From IMG/VR virus record IMGVR_UViG_3300021964_000035: a stretch of DNA of 20,501 nt, one strand, 5' to 3'. Below the pieces are notes generated by a model. That model made no database searches. It saw only the letters and a list, made by a program, of their open reading frames with translations, and was not told the DNA's origin. How positions within the stretch are numbered: the stretch's first letter is position 1; each line of letters opens with the position of its first letter. The translations under genes were made by a program, and so were the position numbers. Source of the stretch: an uncultured virus (IMG/VR IMGVR_UViG_3300021964_000035) (Duplodnaviria; Heunggongvirae; Uroviricota; Caudoviricetes). This document shows, in pieces, positions 1-9,050 of the stretch.

Positions 1-57
1 GACTTCCGGGGTCGGGACAATCATGTCTTCGGTCGGACCCCAGAAGAAGGTTGCCAT
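1..57 (-). CDS. 5' end of a hypothetical protein running off the left edge (MATFFWGPTEDMIVPTPEV...)
   Basis: ATG at 57-55 on the minus strand, open to position 1; TGnTAATAT box 22 nt upstream on the minus strand. Confidence 0.6.
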   Translation of the reverse strand, partial: MATFFWGPTEDMIVPTPEV

Positions 58-72
58 CAAAGAAATTATCAG

Positions 73-88
73 TGTTAGCATATTAACA
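73..88. promoter_or_regulatory. Overlapping bidirectional extended -10 promoters
   Basis: TGTTAGCATATTAACA reads TGtTAGCAT on + (73-81) and TGtTAATAT on - (88-80); divergent starts at 103 and 57. Confidence 0.6.
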
Positions 89-102
89 GCAATTCGAATT
101 TC

Positions 103-876
103 GTGAACCCGATACCCGTTCTCGGCACAGCTTTAATCAACGAACCTTATTGGGTTTACCGTTTGTTCTACAGTATTGATTATCCTGTAGATGATTTTGT
201 TGTATGGAATAACAACGGACGCGGACAGATCACAGAAGAGCTTGATCACTTAAAGAATCTTCCCCATCGGTTCGTTAAGAGAGTTCACATATGTCACCTA
301 CCGCATAATCTTGGCTGCAGCGGTGCCTGGAACCTCACCATCAAAAGCTTCATGATGGCCCCCTACTGGGCGATCACGAACCACGACGTGATGTATGAGC
401 CCGGTTTCCTTGAGGCTGTTGCCGAGAAAATGGAAGACCCTGATTTAGGGATATGTCACGGCAATAACGGAGGTTGGGACTTCTTCGCGATCAAGGACTG
501 GATGATCGAGAAATACGGCTTGTTTGATGAAGCCCTTGTTCCTGCCTATGTAGAGGATCTGGAATACGGATCCCGCTTTATGCACACTGAGGACAACAAC
601 AAGCGCTGTCTTGGCGTGGAGCCTGGGTACTACCACGGAGCTCTAAAAGACAGTTATGACGATGGATCTCAGTCTTGGCGGAGTGAACCTGAGCTAGCAC
701 AGAAGATCCATCTCTCGCATGAGCTGAATAAGCAGTACGTCACTCAAAAATGGGGTCCCGGTTGGCAATCGCACGTGGAAGAACCAACCTATTCGACGCC
801 TTTTAATGAGCGGTTACCCCAAACTTTCACCACCTATCCGCTCCATTTTGTTCGTCAGAAGAATCTAGGTTTTTAA
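103..876 (+). CDS. GT-A fold glycosyltransferase (GT2-like)
   Basis: VVWNNNG, NLGCSGAWNL, ITNHDV (DxD-equivalent) and GLFDE..PAYVEDLEY motifs typical of GT2 enzymes; GTG start. Confidence 0.75.
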   Translation: MNPIPVLGTALINEPYWVYRLFYSIDYPVDDFVVWNNNGRGQITEELDHLKNLPHRFVKRVHICHLPHNLGCSGAWNLTIKSFMMAPYWAITNHDVMYEPGFLEAVAEKMEDPDLGICHGNNGGWDFFAIKDWMIEKYGLFDEALVPAYVEDLEYGSRFMHTEDNNKRCLGVEPGYYHGALKDSYDDGSQSWRSEPELAQKIHLSHELNKQYVTQKWGPGWQSHVEEPTYSTPFNERLPQTFTTYPLHFVRQKNLGF

Positions 877-912
877 AACTCGGTAATATGGAACTATATT
901 TGTAGTCTGGGG

Positions 913-1182
913 ATGCCTTTTTACTCAGCGCATACCTCCTCTGGAAGGTTATTTAACTCGTTAAAGTTGTTGTGTGACGGCAAGAGCTTGAGCTCCTTCA
1001 AGCTCAGCAAGATTGCCGACCTATCGCCTACAACGACACGGAAGATATACACAGATCCCACGTACATTCCTTCTCCTGATGTGCTGGAGAAGCTCTGCCT
1101 GGTCTTGGATGTAACTCCTGGTGATCTGCTAAAAATATCGACTAATATGGAAAATATAGCGGCGGTGTGCTCTGGTGTTTAG
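913..1182 (+). CDS. Cro/C1 (XRE)-type helix-turn-helix transcriptional regulator
   Basis: LSSFKLSKIADLSPTTTRKIY...PSPDVLEKLCLVLDVTPGDLL is a classic HTH_XRE/HTH_26 pattern. Confidence 0.85.
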   Translation: MPFYSAHTSSGRLFNSLKLLCDGKSLSSFKLSKIADLSPTTTRKIYTDPTYIPSPDVLEKLCLVLDVTPGDLLKISTNMENIAAVCSGV

Positions 1183-1675
1183 CCCTCAAGAATACGCTTT
1201 TGCAGCTCAGGCTCTAGGGCTTCCCGTTCCCCAGACCCCAGCCGAGAAGGCGGCAGCTGCACCTCTCGTGGCGCGTGTGCTCAGAGAGTACATGTATGAG
1301 CGTCCTCCGATGGTCGGCTTCGAGCAGGGCATGCAGACCGGTGCCACCCGCTCGCTGAACGGTTATCCCGATACTCGCGAGCCGATGCTTCGCAATGCGA
1401 TTGGTCGTCGCATGGAAGCTGGCGTCGAGACTCCTGAGGACGACGCGACCCTCGAGCAGTACCTGCTGGAATTCCTCAAGAATCCCGAGCTGGTCCAGGC
1501 TTTCTTCGAGTTTCTCCAGCAGCAGGATGAGAACGGAGAAGAGCAAGTGAACATGCTCAGCTCACAACGTCCTCTGCACTACGACGCCCCTAACCTGGGA
1601 AGTAACTACAGCGTTCTTAACGCTCCTTCTTCCGGTCCTATTCCTCCTTCCCAGGAGTACCAAAGCGTTTGCTGA
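1175..1675 (+). CDS. hypothetical protein (possible virion protein)
   Basis: 166-aa ORF, GTG start, TAATAT box at 1143-1148, coupled to the next ORF via TGATG. Confidence 0.7.
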   Translation: MFSPQEYAFAAQALGLPVPQTPAEKAAAAPLVARVLREYMYERPPMVGFEQGMQTGATRSLNGYPDTREPMLRNAIGRRMEAGVETPEDDATLEQYLLEFLKNPELVQAFFEFLQQQDENGEEQVNMLSSQRPLHYDAPNLGSNYSVLNAPSSGPIPPSQEYQSVC

Positions 1676-1911
1676 TGAACTCACTCTCTCGCCGTGGTCA
1701 GCTAGCAGAACGAGACGTTCGTGAGGACGCTCCTGACCTGAATCCGAACGAGTTTCTTAATGGCTATCTGAGGTCTAATTTCCCTCAGACTGTTGCTCAT
1801 CCTTCGAAAATGCAAATCGAAGGAAGAGTTCCTGCGATGCAAACTCAGCTAAAATTTGATAAGCCGAAGATCCCCTCTGGGATCGCATATGACCGTCCGG
1901 AGGTGACTTGA
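1675..1911 (+). CDS. hypothetical protein
   Basis: ATG at 1675 overlaps the upstream stop (TGATG); its own stop overlaps the next ATG. Confidence 0.65.
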   Translation: MNSLSRRGQLAERDVREDAPDLNPNEFLNGYLRSNFPQTVAHPSKMQIEGRVPAMQTQLKFDKPKIPSGIAYDRPEVT

Positions 1912-2396
1912 TGCCAGCCCCAGCAGGATTAGGAGCATTTCTAACCGCAGCAGGCGGAGAAGTTGCAGGCCAAGGCGTGATGCGCCTTCTTGAAGGGGCG
2001 TCTGGTCAAGGCTCCCCTCTCGACGCAGGTTCGCGTTTCTTGCCTCCACGCGAGTCTCTCGCCAATACCATCAAGGCGTTTGACGCCATTAACTTCCGGC
2101 GCGGAGCACTCGGTCTGCCTCAGATCGATCCCTACAAAGTCTTCGACTACGCGCAGCAAGCCACTCAGGAATTGGTTGGCGATCTGCGTAAGTTTGAGAT
2201 GGAGAAGTTGCTGACGGAGATCACTGGACGACTTGAGCAAGAAACCATTGCTCAGGAAGGCCAGCTCCGTCGGCAGGAAGTCTCGAGCCGCGCTGACGTG
2301 GCAAAGGGATTCTTGCAGTCCAGCATCGAGAACATTCTCGGTCGTCCCGATTACGGTATGGCTGAGTCTCTCAAAGTTCAGTCAACACCTGTCTGA
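1911..2396 (+). CDS. hypothetical protein, possible internal virion/ejection protein
   Basis: GGAGG(TG) SD just upstream; Gly/Ala-rich N-terminus (AGLGAFLTAAGG), helical Gln/Glu-rich C-terminus. Confidence 0.65.
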   Translation: MPAPAGLGAFLTAAGGEVAGQGVMRLLEGASGQGSPLDAGSRFLPPRESLANTIKAFDAINFRRGALGLPQIDPYKVFDYAQQATQELVGDLRKFEMEKLLTEITGRLEQETIAQEGQLRRQEVSSRADVAKGFLQSSIENILGRPDYGMAESLKVQSTPV

Positions 2397-2398
2397 TC

Positions 2399-3028
2399 AT
2401 GACCCCAGAAGAACTACTAAAAGGGTATCTGGCAGGGATGGGTGGCCTTCCCTTCGCACTCGGCGACGCGCTTGGCAAAAACCTCAAGCCAAAAGAGCTG
2501 GATCTCACTCAGTTCTATCAAACGCCTGAGGCAGAAAAAGCTGCTGTTGACTTCTTCACTCAAGGCATGAAGCCCGAGGGGGCTGGGTCTGAAGCTCCAG
2601 CACCGGTTCCTCAGCCTGTGCCTCAGGTTCTGCCTCCAGGGTCTGGTCCTCTTCCTGGTGGAGATCGCGACATTTCTACGTCGCCGGAGCAAAATGTTTT
2701 TGATCAAAAGATCTTCGATCTTTTCGACAAAATCACTTCAGAGCAATATCTCGGCCGGGCTCAGCAACGCGATCTTCAGAACTACTTAGTTCAATCCGCC
2801 GTCAGCCAGCAGGCAGCTGCTGATCGGACTCGCGAAAAAACAAAGCGCGAGATCGAAAAGCAAGTCCTGCAGAGCTGGCAGGCACGGGAGAACGCACTGA
2901 TCAACCGCGACACCCAGATCCTTATGGGCATGGGTCGGATGGTCGGCAGCGTCTATCCCGCTGACGCCCTGCGTTCGGGAGCTCAAATCCTGAACACCGG
3001 CGACATCAACATCCCGAAGGTGCTCTGA
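2399..3028 (+). CDS. hypothetical protein, possible internal virion/ejection protein
   Basis: 209-aa ORF with a Pro-rich linker (PAPVPQPVPQVLPP) and a Gln-rich helical C-terminus; 2 nt from both neighbours. Confidence 0.65.
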   Translation: MTPEELLKGYLAGMGGLPFALGDALGKNLKPKELDLTQFYQTPEAEKAAVDFFTQGMKPEGAGSEAPAPVPQPVPQVLPPGSGPLPGGDRDISTSPEQNVFDQKIFDLFDKITSEQYLGRAQQRDLQNYLVQSAVSQQAAADRTREKTKREIEKQVLQSWQARENALINRDTQILMGMGRMVGSVYPADALRSGAQILNTGDINIPKVL

Positions 3029-3030
3029 TC

Positions 3031-3681
3031 ATGGCCATTACTGCTCTAGGTGCAGGTGCTGTTCTCCAGGGTGTTGGTGCTGTAGCCACGGGGGCGGGTG
3101 CTCTTTACGGAGCCATTAGCGGCAACCGTGGACAACAGACCAATCCCACCGCTGACGCCGCAACTCTTTACGGGTTGCAAGGGCAGGTTGCTGCTGACCG
3201 AGCACGGACTGAGCTAGCCAGCCTGTCCTCCCTTTCTCAGCAAGCTCAGCAAATTAAAGGTGCAGCTTCTGAAATGGAGCTTGCAGCCCAGAGTCAGCTC
3301 GGCATCATCAAAGATGCGCAGAACCGAGCTCAGACTGCCACGGCAGTTAAAGCCTCGGAGGCTCTTGGTCTGCAATCCGCCGGAGTCGAAGCCCAGCGTG
3401 GTGAAGCTCAGCTCAAGCTTGCAACTGAGGCTTATCGGCCTGAGCTGATTGCTCAGACCGCCAGTACTGCACTGGCTGGTCAAAACCAACTCGCTCAAAA
3501 TGTTGCTGCCGCTAATCTTGAAAGCATTTCTCTCGATCAAGCTCTCGAGCGTGATATTGCCCGCACTCGTGCTGGCGTGCAGGGTCAAATAGAGCTGACC
3601 AAGTCGAAAGCACGCGCTGAAGACTTCTTACGTCGTCAAGGTTTCAGTCGTGCCATGGCTGGCCGGGCTAGCTTTGCGTAA
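3031..3681 (+). CDS. putative DNA pilot/ejection protein
   Basis: Hydrophobic Gly/Ala N-terminus (MAITALGAGAVLQGVGAVATGAGALYGAISG) followed by an Ala/Gln-rich coiled-coil, the architecture of pilot/ejection proteins. Confidence 0.55.
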   Translation: MAITALGAGAVLQGVGAVATGAGALYGAISGNRGQQTNPTADAATLYGLQGQVAADRARTELASLSSLSQQAQQIKGAASEMELAAQSQLGIIKDAQNRAQTATAVKASEALGLQSAGVEAQRGEAQLKLATEAYRPELIAQTASTALAGQNQLAQNVAAANLESISLDQALERDIARTRAGVQGQIELTKSKARAEDFLRRQGFSRAMAGRASFA

Positions 3682-4208
3682 TGAACGCAACTATTGGCGA
3701 CTCCACTACGGTCAGCTCCTGGCTGGACTCCTTAGAAAAGTCTCAAAAAGAGGCTTTTCTTTTTTATGCGCGTAATGCCACGAGTGACATTGAGGCTTAT
3801 CTCTACGCTCGTTTTCTACGTCCTGGCTACCAAGGCAGCATTTCCGATCTGACTGCTTTTGTTCAGGAGCGTTATCCCAAAGAGGATCTTCGGAAAATCC
3901 TGTTGATCGAAATCACCGATCTGCAGCAGGACATCCAGAACGTCCGGGATATGTGCATGCAGGGGGCGTTAGATCACGCAACTGCAGCCACGAAAATTTC
4001 TGTTCTGCAGAAAGAACTTCGCTCGCACATCCAAGCTGTCCGATCAATTTCGGATGGCCTTGACCGCCGTGGTCTTCTGTTGGCAGGGGCTGATCGTTGT
4101 CTCCGCGAATTGTTGAATTGCTTCGAGGATCAGCCCACCATCTCAGACCTGATCGAAGATTCTTCGTTCATGGTCTGGAGCATCATGGAGAAGGAGGAGA
4201 AGTCCTAA
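3681..4208 (+). CDS. all-helical protein, candidate terminase small subunit
   Basis: 175 aa, helical with a central coiled-coil; last + strand gene before terL; function inferred from size and position. Confidence 0.4.
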   Translation: MNATIGDSTTVSSWLDSLEKSQKEAFLFYARNATSDIEAYLYARFLRPGYQGSISDLTAFVQERYPKEDLRKILLIEITDLQQDIQNVRDMCMQGALDHATAATKISVLQKELRSHIQAVRSISDGLDRRGLLLAGADRCLRELLNCFEDQPTISDLIEDSSFMVWSIMEKEEKS

Positions 4209-5281
4209 ACGGGCTTCATCCTCCCAAGGATGTTTGCGATGTGAGTTCGGAAGATTCCGATATACGCATCGTTCACACCACAGGACATAACAAGCTCGTC
4301 GTTTTCGACGTAAGCCCCGAACGGCAGAACAAGTGCTGGCTGCCTGGAGACTTTATGGCCTTCGTAGTTAGTCCACCAAATCAGACCATCATTCACAGAA
4401 CCAGTGAACAAAGGATCCGTCGTGAGTGACGTAATTTTGGTTAGGTCTTTATCTAACGTGTAGGCACCAAGGTAGTACTTGAGGTAGTAGCTTCCGTTTG
4501 GCTCGAAAGCCATGTGCTTCCAGTGGTAGAAGACCAGATATTGGTCGCCTAAATCAATTGGCGCGACAGAGTTAAACGTTGCGTGGTCCCCGCAAGATTC
4601 TTTTAAAACCTCCGAGTTGATCGTGATCTTGGTCTTGCTCTCTTTCTCGATGACGATGTCACGAGTCGAGTAGAGGCAGTGAAGTTCGCCGTCTTTATCG
4701 AAGAAGCACCAGTTTTTTTCTACGGCGCCTTTCTCTCTGTTTTTTCCGATCGGAGGATAAACAGCGGATACCGCATAACCGGCGTCGTCTACAAGAGCCA
4801 CAGCAACTTTGGCTTGGCTAAAAGCACTATCCCTTGAGTCGTACTTACTTGCGTAAGCCGAGGTCACCATTTGGATGTACAGCAGATTGTCACCACCAAC
4901 GAAGAGCCGTGGATCTTCGTGACTTAAACGGTGCTTGTTTCTCCGAACACTTTTCGCTCCGACAATCGTTTTGTCGTCGATAAGCTCGCCCAGCCAGACT
5001 TCGGTTGGAGTGTCGTTGAGGTAGAAGTATTTATTGTCCCAGCGAAAGCCGAATGGTTCCGGTTGGCTTCGCCACGCAATAAACGTGCGGTTGTTGTACT
5101 TACAGATAGAGGGACTGAAGTCGGCCGTGTGGTCCGGAAGACCGTAGAGAATACGAGTGAAAGTACCTCCGAGTTCTTTCGCCTGTTTGTACACATTGGG
5201 AGTTCCTTCTTCCGGGATCCCGGTCAAAGGGTATAAGCAACTCCTGTGAACGTGGTCGTACCGTGCGGATTGGATGCTCAT
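4205..5281 (-). CDS. five-bladed beta-propeller carbohydrate-active enzyme (GH130 / beta-mannosyltransferase-like)
   Basis: FSPSI, HEDPRLF, EKNWCFF, YYLGAYTLDKD and LPFGAYVENDELVMSCGVND match GH130-clan blade motifs. Confidence 0.75.
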   Translation of the reverse strand: MSIQSARYDHVHRSCLYPLTGIPEEGTPNVYKQAKELGGTFTRILYGLPDHTADFSPSICKYNNRTFIAWRSQPEPFGFRWDNKYFYLNDTPTEVWLGELIDDKTIVGAKSVRRNKHRLSHEDPRLFVGGDNLLYIQMVTSAYASKYDSRDSAFSQAKVAVALVDDAGYAVSAVYPPIGKNREKGAVEKNWCFFDKDGELHCLYSTRDIVIEKESKTKITINSEVLKESCGDHATFNSVAPIDLGDQYLVFYHWKHMAFEPNGSYYLKYYLGAYTLDKDLTKITSLTTDPLFTGSVNDGLIWWTNYEGHKVSRQPALVLPFGAYVENDELVMSCGVNDAYIGIFRTHIANILGRMKPV

Positions 5282-6450
5282 TTGCTCAGCTCCTCGATAG
5301 CGGCGCTAAATCCAGCTGCAACACTTTCCCAGCGATACTCAGGTCTTTGAGTTACGGCGTAACACTTCTGACCGACTTCCTCGCAAAGTTGAGGATCAGC
5401 GTAGAGCTGGGTCATCTGCTCACTGAGGTGGTCAACTGAAACCAAACCACGCTCGACGCCCAGATCTTTATCTCTAACCCAAGTAGAAATATCAGTAAGA
5501 AGACCAGCGCCTTCCCAGATATCGGCACATGCCGTGTGGTTCGGGACAATCTGCGGACGAGCGCAAGCAGCGTGTTCGAAACTGACAAGACCCCAGCCCT
5601 CTCCATCAGCGGTGTTTACACCTATATCAACAGAGTTGTAGATCTTGTTCAGCATCTCGTCGGGAGGGGCTGCCATGTAATTAATTTCGTTTGGCGTTGT
5701 CATTGCCAATCGGTGTTTTGGATCTAACCCTCGGCGAGTCATCTCGTGGTTGAACAGACCTTTAATATCCCAACCGAGGTCTTTAGACCCCATGTTCAGG
5801 TAGAGCATGGTGTCGGGTTTATCGACGGCGAACTCGGCAAACGCTTTGAGGGTTAGATCAATGCGTTTGCGGGGTTGGTTTCTGTTGCCGTTAAAGACAA
5901 TAAATTTGTCCTTGGGTAATCCAAGTTCATCCCGACAAGTGTCTTTGTCGAGGGGGAAAAACTTATCGAGGCTAACTCCGTGAGGCAGAACCCCTAAACG
6001 AGGAGCCTTTGCATTTTCAAGAATTCTGTTCGCACAAGGGACAGTAAAAGTCACCGCCAGATCCCAGTTAGGGAGGTGCTTGAACATGTCGGGTTGGTAG
6101 CTCTGACTGTCGATTGGGATGTACGCCAGAAACTTGAACCCGATTGTGTCTTTAAGGAAGTGGATCCGCTCCCAGACCTTGTTGACGATCCAAACGTCGT
6201 TTAGTGCGATTACGAAATCGGGTTTGATCTTATTAATAATGTCCGGAAGCCTCGGTATGCCAAAACGATCCTGGACGTGGACGTTGGCTGCCGGAAAGAT
6301 CGGGTAAGGATAGTCATGCGGATCTCCGTTGTAGTTGATGCCTACAACATGAACCTCATGATCTTTATGGAGTGCATCTAAAACACTATGTGTTACACGA
6401 CCGAATCCAGTGTTCGAGCACGCATCTCCGTACCAGAGGATTTTTGCCAC
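5278..6450 (-). CDS. GT-B fold glycosyltransferase family 4
   Basis: True start likely GTG at 6450 (MAKILWYGD...TGFGRV); PHGV, NRNQPRKRID, IYNSVDIGVNTADGEGWGLVSFEHAAC (EX7E motif). Confidence 0.9.
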   Translation of the reverse strand: MAKILWYGDACSNTGFGRVTHSVLDALHKDHEVHVVGINYNGDPHDYPYPIFPAANVHVQDRFGIPRLPDIINKIKPDFVIALNDVWIVNKVWERIHFLKDTIGFKFLAYIPIDSQSYQPDMFKHLPNWDLAVTFTVPCANRILENAKAPRLGVLPHGVSLDKFFPLDKDTCRDELGLPKDKFIVFNGNRNQPRKRIDLTLKAFAEFAVDKPDTMLYLNMGSKDLGWDIKGLFNHEMTRRGLDPKHRLAMTTPNEINYMAAPPDEMLNKIYNSVDIGVNTADGEGWGLVSFEHAACARPQIVPNHTACADIWEGAGLLTDISTWVRDKDLGVERGLVSVDHLSEQMTQLYADPQLCEEVGQKCYAVTQRPEYRWESVAAGFSAAIEELSK

Positions 6451-6468
6451 GCAGAATTTGAACCGAGG

Positions 6469-6481
6469 TAGCATCAGTATA
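6469..6481. promoter_or_regulatory. Divergent -10 elements between GT4 and terL
   Basis: TAGCAT on + (6469-6474) and TATACT on - (6481-6476), 29 and 25 nt from the respective start codons. Confidence 0.5.
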
Positions 6482-6503
6482 ACGACAGTCTTTAATACCG
6501 AAT

Positions 6504-8024
6504 ATGCCCAGTCGCGAGTCTTTTGCTTACCGAAGAGCCGCACGTTTACGTGCACAGCAAGCAACAAGTGATGTAGTCGACGCACAAGACACTATTTATT
6601 CTAAGGCCGCTGCGGACTTTCATACGTTCTGCACGGTGCTGGACAAAGCGCCTGCAAGGCACATGCTCGAGTGGCACGAGCACTTGATCACAGGTGAGTC
6701 AAATAAGTACTTGCTAGATATCGCCGGAGAAAATCTTGACATTTTGGCACCGCGTGGGTCGGCCAAGTCGACCGTGCTCAACTTGTTCACCGCGTGGATC
6801 ATCGGTAAACACACGACAGCTCAAAGGCCGCTCCAGATCATTTATTGCTCGTACAACATTGCGACGGCCATTCCGAAAAGCCGGATTATCCGTCAGATCA
6901 TTGACTCTTCGGAATTTAAAAAGGTATTTCCGAAGTGTCGCCTCAAGCACGGCATGCAGTCTGACATCGGTTGGTCGGTCGATTTTGACTACGCTGGCAT
7001 TCCTCGTGTTGGTGATGAGGAGTACACACTCCGCGCTGCAGGTCTTAGGGGTTCTATTACGTCTAAGCGTGCGCATCTGGTGATCGTGGATGACCCGATT
7101 AAGTCCAGCACCGATATCAAAAACCCGACTATTCGGGAGGAAATGAACAATAACTGGAGCTCCGTTATTGCACCAATTATTTTTGAAGGAGGAAGAGCAA
7201 TCTGCCTAGGAACTCGATTCCACCCTTTAGATATTCACAAGACAATGTTCACTCCTGCCAAGGGGTGGAAACAGGTTCAACAGGAAGCAATTACCTACGG
7301 AAATAACGGTGATCCGGTCAGCTACTGGCCAGAGCAGTGGAGTACTGACTATCTCTTAAAACAGAAAGAACTCGATCCTGTTGCTTTTGCTTTCCAGTAC
7401 CAGCAACAGCCGGTCATGACGTCCGACCTGATCGTTTCTCCAGATCTGCTCGTAAAAGGAGAAGTGGTCACCGAGTTCGACAGTCTCGCTGTAGGCATCG
7501 ACCTCTCGGCAAGCAAGAACGAAACCTCTGATTACACAGCCTTTGTTCTTGGCGGTCGACTCGGCGACAAGTACTACATCATCGATGCACACCAGTGTCG
7601 ATCAGTCGGAAACCTAGAAAAAATCGATTTACTTTGCGACCTACTCACCGAATGGGGTGTTCTCGAGCAGCAGGGTGATACCTACGCAGCCACATATTCC
7701 ACGGTCACACTTGTCGTTGAAGCCGTGGCTTACCAAGCAAGTTTGGCGGCTGACTTAAAACGAATCTTGATTCAAGAGAGGGATTTAATGAACCTCCATA
7801 TCCACGAGGTCAAAGGATTTAGGGGAGATAAAATTGCTCGGTTCAGAGGGACATTGGGTCTCTTGGAGAACAAAAAAATTATCTTCAATAAATATCGAAA
7901 GTTTGATGCGCTATTCGAGCAGCTAATTAACGTCGGTAGCACGGCTCACGACGACATGCTTGACGCCTACACCTGGCTGATCGCCTTCTTACAGCGTCGG
8001 GGTCAGTTCACGATTGAATACTGA
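6504..8024 (+). CDS. terL: terminase large subunit
   Basis: Walker A APRGSAKST, Walker B LVIVDDP, coupling motif GTRFH, nuclease motifs VGIDLS and HDDMLDA. Confidence 0.95.
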   Translation: MPSRESFAYRRAARLRAQQATSDVVDAQDTIYSKAAADFHTFCTVLDKAPARHMLEWHEHLITGESNKYLLDIAGENLDILAPRGSAKSTVLNLFTAWIIGKHTTAQRPLQIIYCSYNIATAIPKSRIIRQIIDSSEFKKVFPKCRLKHGMQSDIGWSVDFDYAGIPRVGDEEYTLRAAGLRGSITSKRAHLVIVDDPIKSSTDIKNPTIREEMNNNWSSVIAPIIFEGGRAICLGTRFHPLDIHKTMFTPAKGWKQVQQEAITYGNNGDPVSYWPEQWSTDYLLKQKELDPVAFAFQYQQQPVMTSDLIVSPDLLVKGEVVTEFDSLAVGIDLSASKNETSDYTAFVLGGRLGDKYYIIDAHQCRSVGNLEKIDLLCDLLTEWGVLEQQGDTYAATYSTVTLVVEAVAYQASLAADLKRILIQERDLMNLHIHEVKGFRGDKIARFRGTLGLLENKKIIFNKYRKFDALFEQLINVGSTAHDDMLDAYTWLIAFLQRRGQFTIEY

Positions 8025-8905
8025 TGACAGTCAAACTCTGGGTAGCAATCGCTGCGCATAATCCGATGCAGCGAGTTCAAAATCTGCTGAAAGTTGCCGA
8101 AAACTATGCGGCGTTTGACGCAGACGTCACTCTGAATTTTTACATTAACTACGAAGCGCAAGCTGATGTAAAAACTCTTGAAACGGTTTTTGACGTCGTT
8201 GACTGCAAAATAAACATTATCGTTGCTGACCCAGCGTATGAAGGATGGTATTTAACCTGGGCGCATAAAAATGATCTAGCGTCTGCCGTTTTAAACAAAC
8301 AATACGATTACTTTATTTATCAAGAAGATGACATGGGAATACAGAATCACCACTTCAACTATTACCGAAAGTGGCGCCCTCGCTTAGCTCAGCACGGACT
8401 TGTGCCCGGTTTCGTTAGGTACGAAAACTTTCGAGGGTCCAAGATCCCTTTCGACAATCAGGAGAGACATCCCCTCGGAGGAAGAACACGCAAGATCTGG
8501 GGTGACATCGACTTTCCGGTCGAAGCACGCTTGATTGTTGACCACGAGATTCACTTCTTCTCGCAGTGCTCGAACCCCTACTACGGAGCCATGATCCTCG
8601 ATTGGCACGAAGCGAATACCTACATCCGATCTGCGAGTTTTGACCACAACCTTAGCGTGGCAGTTGTCGGTTACCGAGGGTGGCCTATTGCCGATCGGAG
8701 TTCGATGGGTACAGCGTTTGAGCAGGTGCCGGAGGGATACCAACACAAAAGATGTGTTCCGATCCGCGCTAAAGATGATTTGTTTGAGGTAGTCGACTGT
8801 GCTCTTATTGAGCACTACGGATCTAAGTACTCGTCTGCGCTTGCCTCTACTGGCACGAAGCTCCTAGACTCAGATCATATTTTTCACCTAGCTACCCGTG
8901 ATTAG
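8024..8905 (+). CDS. putative GT-A glycosyltransferase (EDD motif)
   Basis: N-terminal KLWVAIAAH strand, LTWAHK and YDYFIYQEDD metal-binding motif resembling GT54/GT25-type EDD motifs; translationally coupled to terL. Confidence 0.55.
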   Translation: MTVKLWVAIAAHNPMQRVQNLLKVAENYAAFDADVTLNFYINYEAQADVKTLETVFDVVDCKINIIVADPAYEGWYLTWAHKNDLASAVLNKQYDYFIYQEDDMGIQNHHFNYYRKWRPRLAQHGLVPGFVRYENFRGSKIPFDNQERHPLGGRTRKIWGDIDFPVEARLIVDHEIHFFSQCSNPYYGAMILDWHEANTYIRSASFDHNLSVAVVGYRGWPIADRSSMGTAFEQVPEGYQHKRCVPIRAKDDLFEVVDCALIEHYGSKYSSALASTGTKLLDSDHIFHLATRD

Positions 8906-9050
8906 CCGAGGTGCAAATCGTGTCAATATTTGCTTTGTCGTCGACGGTTTCCGGAAATGTGAGACGTTGAGCAAGCACGATGCTGACCGTCTCAGACGCC
9001 ATATAGAATCCCAAAACGGAACCGTCTACTGGTACAACCCCTGTGACTGA
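8898..9050 (+). CDS. small hypothetical protein (50 aa, MISRGANRVNICFVVDG...VYWYNPCD), not in the ORF track
   Basis: GTG at 8898 to TGA at 9050 fills the gap exactly, with 8-nt overlaps at both ends. Confidence 0.55.
   Translation: MISRGANRVNICFVVDGFRKCETLSKHDADRLRRHIESQNGTVYWYNPCD

Noticed and set aside
6451..6585. 45-codon N-terminal extension of GT4 in the ORF track
   Set aside because: Would overlap terL head-to-head and cover the promoter; the GT4 fold begins at GTG 6450 (MAKILWYGD)
6504..8024. Intein or intron in terL
   Set aside because: ORF is normal length (506 aa) with contiguous ATPase and nuclease motifs and no splice motifs
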